Source of the DNA: an uncultured Bacilli bacterium
GTDB taxonomy: Bacteria > Bacillota_I > Bacilli_A > RF39 > UBA660
DNA: 64,000 nucleotides
Direction: 5' to 3'
NCBI GenBank assembly: GCA_947630055.1
Contig: CANRGA010000001.1
Coordinates: forward strand, 10,195-74,194
Of the stretch, positions 26,589-36,416 are shown piece after piece. The notes below the pieces were generated by a model. That model was not told the origin of the DNA. It saw only the letters and a list, made by a program, of their open reading frames with translations, and did not search any database. Position numbers and translations under genes: made by a program. Position 1 is the first letter of the stretch; every line of letters begins with the position of its first letter.

Positions 26589-28862
26589 ATGTTTTTATTA
26601 GGTATATTTGATGAAGCACTTGTTGGTATTGAACTTTTTGTAGTAACTCAATTATATAAAGTTGCTGCAAATGTTTTTAAAATATTTATGATTTTGGCTC
26701 AAAGTGACTTTTTAGAACAAATTGATTATGGTACATTATTGTCTAATTTTTATGTAATTATCGGATTAATTATGCTTTTTATAATGGCTTTCGCTTTATT
26801 AAGGGGAATAATTAATCCTGATGATCAAAAGCAAGGAACAACTGTAGTAAAAAATGTTATAATTAATTTTGTTTTGTCATGTGTATTATTAGGATTTTTA
26901 CCAACAATATTTCCTTTTATGTTTGATTTGCAAGATTCAATTTTAAGATACAATGTTATTGGTGGCTTTTTTGGTTATGGAAGACCGGGTCAAAAATTAA
27001 GTAATTCTGAAAATGTAAACGAAGTTGAATCAAGTTCATATAGAATGGTAAATGGTATATTTACGGCATTTTTTAATGTAAGTAATTCTTTTTGCGATAG
27101 CGTTGATTCAAGTAGTAGTAATAAATTTGAAGAATTAACAAATTGTCAGAAAGAATTGAAAGTTGATCCTTTAGAGATAAATGGCTATGAAGAAAATGAT
27201 AAAGATAATTTTTATGAATATGCTAAACATGTTGATGGAACTGCTGATTTTGGAGTTTATGCTGCGTTTATTGAGGCAGCTTCAAATAATGAAGTTGATT
27301 TTGGCTTTTTCATGCTATTAATTTCAGGAGTATTATTAATATATGTAGGAGTTTCATATTGTTTTGATATGGCATTAAGGTTAATTAAATTAATTTTTTA
27401 TCAAGCGATTGCTCCGATTCCAATATTTTTGAGAATTATTCCTAATAGCAAATTTAGCGGTACATTTAATCAATGGTTGAAAGTTACTTTAACATGTTGG
27501 ATGGAAGTGTTTGTTAGAATATTTATTTTTAGTTTCTGTATGTGGTTATGTCGCGCAATGCAAAGCACAAATTTTTTATCAAGCGAAGTTTATGAATATG
27601 GTAGATTAGCTGGTTTATTAACAAAAGCGTTTATTTTGATGGCTATTGTTATGTTTATGAAAAGATCACCTAAATTATTATCAGAAGTAACAGGAATTGA
27701 TTCTGGAAATATGAAACTTGGCATTAGAGAAAAATTAGCAGATGGTGGTGGCTTTATTGCTGGAGCTGCAGTTGGTGGCCTTGCAACAGCTGGTATTCGA
27801 AATACGGTTGGTGCAGTTAGAAGAACCAGAGAAGCCTATAAGGAAGCTGCTGCTAATAATGCTGGTCGTTGGAAAAAAGCAGGCATAATTGCAAGAGGCG
27901 TTGGTGGCGGTGCATTATCATTCATCGGCGGTGCTGGTTCGGGGGCTTTTAGATCTGGAAGAAGTGCTGTCGGAAAAAAATCTTTTAAAGATGCAGGAGC
28001 AGCTATAACATCAGGGGCAAATGCAGCAACACAAGCGGGTGAAAGAAGGAGAAACTATCGTGCTGAACATGGTGGCTTTTTTGGAGCAATTGGTGGTCAT
28101 GCAAAAGATGCTGTACATGGAGTTGGTGGATATTTTGGTATAGGTGCTAACGAAACAAAAATGGGCTTTTATAATACAGCTGCCCAAACATCAGATGCTA
28201 TTAATTCTGCATCAGAAGGTACGTATAAAAATAAAAAAGAATATCAAGATCAAAGTTCAATTGTTAAGAGACTTGGTGCTGAATATAATGAAGGAATAAG
28301 TAACAGAAAACGCGATATTGAAGAATTACGTATGAAAATGGAAGAAGCAAATAACAGAGGAGATATTGCATCTGCAGCAGCTTTTTCTGAAAGAATGGCT
28401 AAAGCAACTGAAGATTTAAAAGCATTTACTGAATCTTCAAGTGTTAAATTAGAATTTGATAAACAAACTCATGTACTTGAAGAATTACGTAAAGATTTAT
28501 CAAAAAGCAAGACAGATATACTTGCTACTGCTGCAACTAGAATTGGCGTAGATCAAAAAACTAATTATGTAAATGATAAAGAACTTGCATCATCATTTAA
28601 AAGTGCAATTGTTGATGCATTTCATGGTGCTATAGATGCTAGTGGAAATATAAGTGGTATTTCAGGAAATAATTTGAATATTGTAAATGCAATGTTAAGT
28701 GGTAAAGAAATTGATAAAAACTGGATTGATAGAGATAATTTAATCTTTGTTCAAGATGCAATTGATAACATAAATGTTGGTAGACAAAATGTTAAAGGTG
28801 CAAAAGAAAGAGAATATATTGTTGCATCTGGTAATAAACAATCTAGTAAAGATTCGAAATAA
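26589..28862 (+). CDS. VirB6/TrbL-like polytopic T4SS membrane protein with long Gly-rich and coiled-coil C-terminal extension (TcpH/ConG-like)
   Basis: About 370-aa N-terminal multi-TM region, then GGGFIAGAAVGGLATAG... and charged helical tail. Position before VirB3/VirB4. Confidence 0.45.
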   Translation: MFLLGIFDEALVGIELFVVTQLYKVAANVFKIFMILAQSDFLEQIDYGTLLSNFYVIIGLIMLFIMAFALLRGIINPDDQKQGTTVVKNVIINFVLSCVLLGFLPTIFPFMFDLQDSILRYNVIGGFFGYGRPGQKLSNSENVNEVESSSYRMVNGIFTAFFNVSNSFCDSVDSSSSNKFEELTNCQKELKVDPLEINGYEENDKDNFYEYAKHVDGTADFGVYAAFIEAASNNEVDFGFFMLLISGVLLIYVGVSYCFDMALRLIKLIFYQAIAPIPIFLRIIPNSKFSGTFNQWLKVTLTCWMEVFVRIFIFSFCMWLCRAMQSTNFLSSEVYEYGRLAGLLTKAFILMAIVMFMKRSPKLLSEVTGIDSGNMKLGIREKLADGGGFIAGAAVGGLATAGIRNTVGAVRRTREAYKEAAANNAGRWKKAGIIARGVGGGALSFIGGAGSGAFRSGRSAVGKKSFKDAGAAITSGANAATQAGERRRNYRAEHGGFFGAIGGHAKDAVHGVGGYFGIGANETKMGFYNTAAQTSDAINSASEGTYKNKKEYQDQSSIVKRLGAEYNEGISNRKRDIEELRMKMEEANNRGDIASAAAFSERMAKATEDLKAFTESSSVKLEFDKQTHVLEELRKDLSKSKTDILATAATRIGVDQKTNYVNDKELASSFKSAIVDAFHGAIDASGNISGISGNNLNIVNAMLSGKEIDKNWIDRDNLIFVQDAIDNINVGRQNVKGAKEREYIVASGNKQSSKDSK

Positions 28863-28884
28863 TATATGAAGGAGGAATAGAAAG

Positions 28885-29205
28885 GTGAATAATTATTTAA
28901 TACCAGCAAATACAAAGAAATCACAATTAATGTTAGGTTTTTTTACCCCATTGGATTTAGCTATATTTGCAATTGGTTGCTTATGGACACTTATTATGGT
29001 ACTTTTGATAAAAAGTATTAATATGCTTGTTTTAATTCTAATATTATTACCAGCATTAATATCGGCGTTTTTGGTAATGCCAGTACCTCATTATCATAAT
29101 GTATTGCAATTACTAACAAATATTTTCAACTTTTATACAAACAGAAGACGATATTATTGGAAAGGATGGAGTATGTATGAAGAATTCGGAACAAGCGATA
29201 AGTAA
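28885..29205 (+). CDS. VirB3-like small two-TM T4SS protein
   Basis: 106 aa, two hydrophobic helices. Immediately precedes the VirB4 modules. Confidence 0.4.
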   Translation: MNNYLIPANTKKSQLMLGFFTPLDLAIFAIGCLWTLIMVLLIKSINMLVLILILLPALISAFLVMPVPHYHNVLQLLTNIFNFYTNRRRYYWKGWSMYEEFGTSDK

Positions 29206-29740
29206 TCCTAAATTTACAAGCACTTGGTTGCCAATTAGGCAAATAATGAATGGAATGATTCAACTTGATGACGGTACTTATGTAACAGGAGTTAAAATAC
29301 ACCCTAAAAATATATTTATTATGGGTTCACAAGCGCAAGATAATATGATTTATAGTTTACGAAATTTCTATAATACAATAGATTATGAATTCTGGCTTAT
29401 TATTGCGGATCGTCCAGTTGATATTAATTTATATTTAGCAGAATTACAAAAGTTATATAATAATTCTTCTAGTAATGAAGTAAGAAAATTGATTTTGCAA
29501 GATATTAATAAAGCTAATCAATTTATGAGTATTGAATATAATGTTGTTGATACTGAATATTATTTAATATTCCAAGAGAAAAAATTAGAAATTTTACAAA
29601 AAAAATTACATAATATGATAAGTGGACTTGCAAATTGTGGATTACAATCAAGTCAAACAAGTAATGCTGACTTAAGAATTATTTTAGATAATCTTCTTAA
29701 TGGCGGCGAAGCAATTAATTTTGGGACGGTGATGAGCTAA
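29177..29740 (+). CDS. soluble N-terminal module of a split VirB4-family protein (separate ORF coupled by TAATG)
   Basis: 187 aa with no TM. Stop TAA overlaps the ATG of 29740 (GCTAATGAGT). 187 + 595 aa equals the size of Gram-positive VirB4 (TcpF/ConE). Confidence 0.35.
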   Translation: MKNSEQAISNPKFTSTWLPIRQIMNGMIQLDDGTYVTGVKIHPKNIFIMGSQAQDNMIYSLRNFYNTIDYEFWLIIADRPVDINLYLAELQKLYNNSSSNEVRKLILQDINKANQFMSIEYNVVDTEYYLIFQEKKLEILQKKLHNMISGLANCGLQSSQTSNADLRIILDNLLNGGEAINFGTVMS

Positions 29741-31527
29741 TGAGTAATGTAAAAAATGCTATAGCACCAAAAGGTATGGAATTTAAACCTACCGAATTTA
29801 GAATTAGTGGTAAATATTCTACTATTATTACTATTGTAACTTTTCCCAAAAATGTTTATGTAGGTTATTTATCAGATATAACTAATATTTCGGGAGTTAA
29901 AGTTGTTGTTAAACATATTCCAATTCAATTCCAAGTATTGCAAAAAATGATTAATAAGGAAATTGCAGATTTAAAGACAAGATATCAATCAGAGCATGAT
30001 CAAACATTACAAGAAAAAATTCGTCAAGATTATGAATCATTAGAGCAATTTATTAGTATGCTTGCTTCAACTGATGCTAGAATATTCGATTTTCAAATGC
30101 ATTTAATGCTTACTGCTGATAGTAAAGAAGAACTTGATAATAAAAGAATGGAAGTTAAAAGTTATTTAAATGCAATGGGTATGGCAGGCGTAGCTTTAAT
30201 GTTTGAACAAGAAAAAGTACTTAAAAGTATTGTGCCAATATTTCCACCTCAAGATATTGAGCAAAGAATTGGTACACCAATACCTTCAATTACTATTGCT
30301 GCTATGTATCCTTTTGTTTTTGATAGTATCAAAGATCCAGGATTATCATGTTTATTTGGCGTAGATTTCTCTGGTGGTGTTGTATTATTTAATCAATTCT
30401 TGTATCAAATAAGAAAAGAAAATAATCGTAATAATGCTAATATTATTTTACTTGGTACATCAGGAAGTGGTAAATCAACGGCTGCTAAACTTTTGCTTCG
30501 AACTCATTTACGTAATGGTTGCAAAGTTGTGGCAATCGATCCTGAAGGCGAACTAGGTGATATGACTGAACTTATGGGTGGAGATTTCTTAGACCTTGGT
30601 AAAGGTGGCCAATTTGGTATGATTAATCCACTTGAAATAGTAATGGATGTTGATGAAGAAGAAATATCTCAAGGCTTAGGATATACTGTTTTAACAAGAA
30701 CTCTTCAACAATTAAAAGCATTTATGAAGTATTATAATCCATCAATTGAAGAAGATGTTTTAACTCTTTTTAGTGAAGTAGTTCAAGATACGTATAAGAG
30801 ATTTAAAATTGATTTTGATACTGATTTTACTAAATTAACAAGAGATGATTATCCAACATTTGATGATGTTTATGCTACTATTCAAGGAAGACTTTTATCT
30901 ATGGTAGATGCAACTCATGAGCGAGATGTTATGGAAAGATTAGAATTAAAGGTACGACCTTTAGTCAAAGAATTAAGATATTACTTTACTGGTAAAACTA
31001 CCATTCAAATTCAAAGTGATTTTATTGTATTTAATATAAAAGAATTAATGAATAGTGATGAAAATATTAAAAATGCTTTATTCTTTAACATATTAAAATT
31101 TGCTTGGGGCTTATGTTTAGAGAAAGATGTTAATACAGTTATGATGGTGGATGAAGCTCATGTACTTCTTGCCACTCATAATGAACTTGGAGCAGAATTT
31201 TTAGCTCAAATTCAAAGACGTAGTCGTAAATATAATACTGGTACGATAATAATTACCCAACAACCAACTGATTTCGCAGCTCCATCTGTTATTCAACATG
31301 GTAAGGCTATTTTTGATAATGCTTCTTATTATCTAGTAATGGGCCTTCGTAAACAAGCGGTTGAAGATTTAGCTCAATTAATTGATTTAAATGAAAGTGA
31401 AAAAGAAGGAATAAAATATTATCCACAAGGCCAAGGATTATTTATCTGTGGTAATAGAAGAATGCGTATTAATGTTGTTGTTACTCAAGAAGAACTAGAT
31501 TCATTTGGTTCTGGTGGTGGCTATTAA
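29740..31527 (+). CDS. VirB4/TcpF/ConE-family T4SS ATPase (C-terminal ATPase module)
   Basis: Walker A ILLGTSGSGKST. Walker B MMVDEAHVLL. IIITQQP motif. Confidence 0.8.
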   Translation: MSNVKNAIAPKGMEFKPTEFRISGKYSTIITIVTFPKNVYVGYLSDITNISGVKVVVKHIPIQFQVLQKMINKEIADLKTRYQSEHDQTLQEKIRQDYESLEQFISMLASTDARIFDFQMHLMLTADSKEELDNKRMEVKSYLNAMGMAGVALMFEQEKVLKSIVPIFPPQDIEQRIGTPIPSITIAAMYPFVFDSIKDPGLSCLFGVDFSGGVVLFNQFLYQIRKENNRNNANIILLGTSGSGKSTAAKLLLRTHLRNGCKVVAIDPEGELGDMTELMGGDFLDLGKGGQFGMINPLEIVMDVDEEEISQGLGYTVLTRTLQQLKAFMKYYNPSIEEDVLTLFSEVVQDTYKRFKIDFDTDFTKLTRDDYPTFDDVYATIQGRLLSMVDATHERDVMERLELKVRPLVKELRYYFTGKTTIQIQSDFIVFNIKELMNSDENIKNALFFNILKFAWGLCLEKDVNTVMMVDEAHVLLATHNELGAEFLAQIQRRSRKYNTGTIIITQQPTDFAAPSVIQHGKAIFDNASYYLVMGLRKQAVEDLAQLIDLNESEKEGIKYYPQGQGLFICGNRRMRINVVVTQEELDSFGSGGGY

Positions 31528-31551
31528 AATAAAATAATTAGATGTAAAAAA

Positions 31552-31574
31552 AATAACTTTTAGTTATTTTTTTA
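31552..31574 (+). terminator. rho-independent terminator after virB4
   Basis: AATAACT..AGTTATT hairpin followed by TTTTT. Confidence 0.5.
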
Positions 31575-31651
31575 ATCTTTATATCATAAATAAATTGGCT
31601 TTTTTTTACTATTAATGTATGATAAAATATTAAATAGAAGAAGGTGGTAAA

Positions 31652-34504
31652 ATGGATCCAAATGAAGAATTTGAAGAATTAGAAGATTTAGATGTAAATC
31701 CTGATGCCACTGAAGAAATTATAGATGATGGGGGAGAAGAAACTTTTAGTGATTATCCTGAATCTACTGGAAGTAAAACCGGATACAAAGGAAAAAAATA
31801 TCATGCTGATCGTATAAATGAATTAGATGAAAAAAGCGAACAGTTAAAAGAAAAAGTAGAAACTTTAAAAGATGAAAAAAGTAGAGATTGGAAATTAAAA
31901 GATTCTAATAATAAAGAACCAGTTAAAGCTGATGGTTCTAATACAAGATTAAAAACTCAAAGAGAAAAATTTGGTGATAATGCTAAACTTGCTAGAGCAA
32001 AAGCTCAGGAAAAAATAAATAAAGCTCAAAGAATGAAAGCAAAATTAGATAGAGTTACTGATGTTGCAACTCATCCATTAGAAGCTGCCAAAGAAGCTGC
32101 TGAAGATAAAGCTAAAGATATAGCTAAAAAAACAGGAAAAACAGTTGGAAAAGCAGCCGCTAAAGGTGCAGTTAATGCTGCTAAAGCTACGGGAAGATTA
32201 GTTGCTCAAGGTGGAAAAATGCTTGTTAGTTTATTATCTAATCCTTATGTTTTAGCTGCAGTTGTAGCGGCAGCTTTATTATTTATTATTTTCTTTATGC
32301 TATTTTCTAAAGCATCAGATGGTGACTTAGAACCAGAAGGATATTTTGATACTACATGTGATTTCAATTTAACTTCTGTAACCTATAGCTGTAATGGTAC
32401 TAGTAAAATAATGGGAATAAAAGAATATGTTTTAAGTATTGCTTATGGTGAAATGCAAAAAAATAATTTATCAGAAGCAGCAATTAAAGCATTAATGATA
32501 ATTGCAAAAACAAATGCTCTTGCTAATGGCAACTATGATAGTAGTGGTGATAAGGCTATTAGTATAAGTGGAAGTAATTGTAATGCTGCATATGAAAATG
32601 TTTATGAGACACTAGCTGATGAACAAGAAAATAAGACAAAACAAAAGCAAGTTAAAGTATTAGAAAACTATTATAATGAAATAGCTAATTATTTATTTAT
32701 TTCTGAATCATATAAGAGTGAAATCACTGAATTAGGAAGTGAAGATGCTTTAGAATTTAATGATAATATTATTCAAAAATTAGTTTCAACTAATAAAGAT
32801 GGCTATGAAGAAATACTTCAAGAAATATATGCAGTTGAAGATGGTGAAAGTGATAAAACTATAACAGTAACTAATTCAAATCCATCTATATTTGTAGGTG
32901 ATTCTAGAACAGTTGGTATGAAAAATTCTGTTAGTGAATTAAATGATAATAATACCATTGCAGAAGGTTCAAAAAGATATGATTGGTTTGTTAATACTGC
33001 AATAAATAGCATTAATAGTAAAATAAATAATGGCAATTCTTATAATATTATTAGTTGGATGGGAGTAAATGATATTGCAACTAATGCAAGTAGTGTAGCT
33101 GAAAAATATTTTAATAAGTATAAAGAACTTGCACAAGGTAGTTGGAGTAAACATACTATATATGTTGTAAAGGTAGGCCCAGTTGTTGATTCTAAAACAT
33201 ATTATGTTGATAATGCTCAAGTAAATGAATTTAATGATAGAATGAAAGAATTAATAAATAATGCCAACATTAGTAATTTAAAATATATTGATTTAAGTTA
33301 TTCTATTAATTCATATGATGCTGAGGGATTACATTATGGTCAAAGCGATTATCAAAAAATTTATAATGATATAAAAGCAAAAGTTACTTCAACAAAGACA
33401 CTAAGTAAAGTTAAAGCATTATTTAATAATGCTGAATATTGTACATACTATAGATATAAAAAAGAATGTGAAGCAGGTTGGTGGTGGCCAATTGGTACAG
33501 GTACTCCTCGAGGAAATATTTATCCAGATGAACCAGGCTCATCTTTAATGCAATTATATTCACCATTTTCTTATAGTCGTGATATTGGTAAAGGCGCAAG
33601 AGCACATTTGGGCGTTGATATTGGTGGTGGATTTGATGATATAGTTATTGCATCTAGGTCTGGAACTGTTGTTGCCACTCATAATGGCTGTACTGAATTA
33701 AATAATTTACATAGTACTTGTGGTGGCGGTGGAGGCAACTGGGTTAAAATTGATCATGGCGATGGCACATATTCTATATATATGCATATGAAAAATAATT
33801 CTTTAACAGTGAAAGAAGGAGATAGTGTTAATCAAGGTCAAAAAATAGGTTTAATAAGTTCCACAGGTTCATCAACTGGTGCCCATCTGCATTTTGCTAT
33901 TATAGTGGATGGTAATTATGTTAATGCTCTTGATGGTTATATTAGTGCTGATAATCCACGACCATCTGGTAATTGTGATAATTATACAGCTGATAAATCA
34001 GGTGTATGCAAAGCTTTGAAAGATTTGGGATTTAGTGATAACGCAGTGGCAGGCTTAATGGTTAATATTAAGGCTGAAACTTGGTATTTTGATTTTGATC
34101 CTAATGCCTATGTTGCAAATGATAATGGTGGTCCAAGTATGGGACTTATAATGTGGCATGATGTATTTGCTTGTGCTAATTATGATGTCTGTAGTGCTAA
34201 AAATTCAGGATATACTTGTAATGCAAGTGCTTTAAAATGCTTTTGCCAAGAAAATAATTTGGAATGGAATAGTGTTGCCTGTCAAACTAAATATTTAAAA
34301 AAATATATTGATGATCATGCAAATGTTTATGATTTCGATGCTGCAAAAACAATTTATGATCCTAATGCAAGTGCTCATGATATAGCATCACAATTTTGTA
34401 TAAAATTGGAAAGACCCGCAAATAAATATACAAATTGTCCTCAAAGAGCAAGCAGTTATGCGAGTGATATGTTAAGCTTTGTTAAAAATGGTTGTAAAGA
34501 TTAG
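31652..34504 (+). CDS. multidomain cell-wall hydrolase of the T4SS (VirB1-functional analogue): TM anchor, GDSL/SGNH hydrolase, M23 peptidase, lysozyme-like C-terminal region
   Basis: TM VLAAVVAAALLFIIFFMLF. GDS motif FVGDSRTVGM and GVNDI. M23 motifs HLGVDIGGG and GAHLHFAII. Confidence 0.75.
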   Translation: MDPNEEFEELEDLDVNPDATEEIIDDGGEETFSDYPESTGSKTGYKGKKYHADRINELDEKSEQLKEKVETLKDEKSRDWKLKDSNNKEPVKADGSNTRLKTQREKFGDNAKLARAKAQEKINKAQRMKAKLDRVTDVATHPLEAAKEAAEDKAKDIAKKTGKTVGKAAAKGAVNAAKATGRLVAQGGKMLVSLLSNPYVLAAVVAAALLFIIFFMLFSKASDGDLEPEGYFDTTCDFNLTSVTYSCNGTSKIMGIKEYVLSIAYGEMQKNNLSEAAIKALMIIAKTNALANGNYDSSGDKAISISGSNCNAAYENVYETLADEQENKTKQKQVKVLENYYNEIANYLFISESYKSEITELGSEDALEFNDNIIQKLVSTNKDGYEEILQEIYAVEDGESDKTITVTNSNPSIFVGDSRTVGMKNSVSELNDNNTIAEGSKRYDWFVNTAINSINSKINNGNSYNIISWMGVNDIATNASSVAEKYFNKYKELAQGSWSKHTIYVVKVGPVVDSKTYYVDNAQVNEFNDRMKELINNANISNLKYIDLSYSINSYDAEGLHYGQSDYQKIYNDIKAKVTSTKTLSKVKALFNNAEYCTYYRYKKECEAGWWWPIGTGTPRGNIYPDEPGSSLMQLYSPFSYSRDIGKGARAHLGVDIGGGFDDIVIASRSGTVVATHNGCTELNNLHSTCGGGGGNWVKIDHGDGTYSIYMHMKNNSLTVKEGDSVNQGQKIGLISSTGSSTGAHLHFAIIVDGNYVNALDGYISADNPRPSGNCDNYTADKSGVCKALKDLGFSDNAVAGLMVNIKAETWYFDFDPNAYVANDNGGPSMGLIMWHDVFACANYDVCSAKNSGYTCNASALKCFCQENNLEWNSVACQTKYLKKYIDDHANVYDFDAAKTIYDPNASAHDIASQFCIKLERPANKYTNCPQRASSYASDMLSFVKNGCKD

Positions 34505-34514
34505 GAGGAATATT

Positions 34515-35438
34515 ATGACAAAAAATAATCAAAAATTTGTTATTGTTTTAATTTTAATTTTATTAATACTTACTTCAATTATAGCAATATTTGTAAGTTT
34601 AAATATAAAAGATGATAATGATGATTCTAATACCCCAAATAGTAATATTCCTTCTAGTGAACCAATAATAAATAAAGAAATATCAAGATTAAAGGATACT
34701 GATGAATATTTCGCAGTGCAAAGTGCAATAAATAGTTTTTATGATAAAGTTTCTGCTAATGAGAAATCAGAAATTGTGTCTTTGTTAGATAGTAATTATG
34801 TTATCGAAAATAATATAACAAATGATAATGTTTTTGAAAAAATGAATTTGAGTACTTCTTTTATTAATTTTATTGTTGAAGAAATCTATTATAATGATAA
34901 TAGTAATATTACTTATTATTTTGTTAAAGGTTATGAAAATGAATATTTAATGGGAGAAGATGAATATGTAAAATACAATAAAAATTTGTTCTATCTTTTA
35001 GTAGTTGACACTAATAAACATTATGTGATAAAACCTTTAAATAATGTAAATAATTTAGAAGAATTTGCTAATAATTATGATATAAATGTAGTAACAATAA
35101 ATAATGATAGTAAATTTAAAAAAAGAGAAATAACTGAAGAAAAAAAAGTAACATCTTATATTACTAATTATACCAATTTAATATATTCTGATTCTGATAA
35201 AGCATATAAAATGCTAGACGATAATACTAAGAAAAATTATTTAAATTTGGATAGTTTTATTAATGATATAGATAATATAAGTGATAGATTATTTATTAAG
35301 ATTTGGTCAATAAACACTCAAGAAAATGAAGATAATATAGTTTATAAAGTTCAAAATCATAATGGTGATACTATAACTATAACAGAATATTACCCTAATG
35401 ATTATAAAATTGGCTTTAACTTTATAGAAGGAGAATAA
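34515..35438 (+). CDS. VirB8/TcpC-like protein (N-terminal TM, NTF2-like repeats)
   Basis: ATG 34515 after AGGAGGAA. TM FVIVLILILLILTSIIAIFV. Paralogous to the next gene (YYNDNSNITYYFVKGY, TITEYYPNDYKIGFNF). Confidence 0.4.
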   Translation: MTKNNQKFVIVLILILLILTSIIAIFVSLNIKDDNDDSNTPNSNIPSSEPIINKEISRLKDTDEYFAVQSAINSFYDKVSANEKSEIVSLLDSNYVIENNITNDNVFEKMNLSTSFINFIVEEIYYNDNSNITYYFVKGYENEYLMGEDEYVKYNKNLFYLLVVDTNKHYVIKPLNNVNNLEEFANNYDINVVTINNDSKFKKREITEEKKVTSYITNYTNLIYSDSDKAYKMLDDNTKKNYLNLDSFINDIDNISDRLFIKIWSINTQENEDNIVYKVQNHNGDTITITEYYPNDYKIGFNFIEGE

Positions 35439-35440
35439 AT

Positions 35441-36358
35441 ATGAAAAATGATAATCAAAAAATGCTAATAATAATAATTGGAGGGTTATTGTTAATAACA
35501 TCTATAACTGCATTTGTTATGGGAGCAAATTCTAGTAAGGAATCTAAAGAAGCAAAGCCAAAAGAAAAAGAACCTATAGTAACATCTATTTTAAAAAGAG
35601 AAATTGCTAAGTTAAATGATTCTGATACTTTTTTTGCTGTACAAGAAACTATAAATAATTTTTATGTTGATTTTTTTAATAATAAAGAAGATGCAATATT
35701 ATTACTTGATAAAAGTTTTGTGTCAAAAAATAAAATTGATATAAATAATATTAATAATTTTATTAAAGAAACAAATGAAAATGTTAATTTTCAAGCGCAA
35801 GATATTTATTATAATCCGGATAGTAATATGACATATTATTTTATTAATGGCTATACAATTTCTTCAAATATTGAAGGCAAAGAATTGAAATATACACCTA
35901 ATTTATATTATCTTTTAAAAGTTGATATGGAAAATAATTATAGTATTATTCCTTTATTAGATGTTGAAAATTTTGAAGAATATGTTAATAAATATTATCT
36001 TGATAGAATCTATATAGATAATACTACTAATTTTAAAGTAGAAAAAATAAATGAAGTTAATAAAATGGTAAATTATATAAATAATTTTAAAAATTTAATG
36101 AATTTAGATGTTAATAAAGCATATAATATGTTAAATGATTCTACTAAAAGTAAGTATGCTAATTTAAAAGAATTTGAAAATAGTCGTGCTATTATTGCTG
36201 AAAAATTATTTACAAAATTTGCTTCTATTAATATTCAAAGAGAAAATGATATAATTAACTATAATTTGACTGGTAATAATCCAGATACTATTATAATTAC
36301 CGAAATGTATCCTAATGATTATAAAATAGATTTTAATTTTTTAGACTTAAGTGAATAA
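35441..36358 (+). CDS. VirB8/TcpC-like paralog
   Basis: TM IIIIGGLLLITSITAFVMG. Motifs YYNPDSNMTYYFINGY, IITEMYPNDYKIDFNF. Confidence 0.4.
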   Translation: MKNDNQKMLIIIIGGLLLITSITAFVMGANSSKESKEAKPKEKEPIVTSILKREIAKLNDSDTFFAVQETINNFYVDFFNNKEDAILLLDKSFVSKNKIDINNINNFIKETNENVNFQAQDIYYNPDSNMTYYFINGYTISSNIEGKELKYTPNLYYLLKVDMENNYSIIPLLDVENFEEYVNKYYLDRIYIDNTTNFKVEKINEVNKMVNYINNFKNLMNLDVNKAYNMLNDSTKSKYANLKEFENSRAIIAEKLFTKFASINIQRENDIINYNLTGNNPDTIIITEMYPNDYKIDFNFLDLSE

Positions 36359-36416
36359 TATTAATTTATTTTTCCTTATATTTATAGTATAATATTGGTG
36401 AATTGGGGAGATTTGT

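Noticed and set aside
29177-29740. A sequencing frameshift as the explanation for the split VirB4
   Set aside because: The ORFs overlap by a clean TAATG stop-start rather than drifting frames. Retained only as an open alternative in the finding.
32818-35501. Antisense ORFs 32818..33036, 32969..33220, 33423..33605 and 35307..35501
   Set aside because: Nested inside the hydrolase and VirB8-like genes on the opposite strand.
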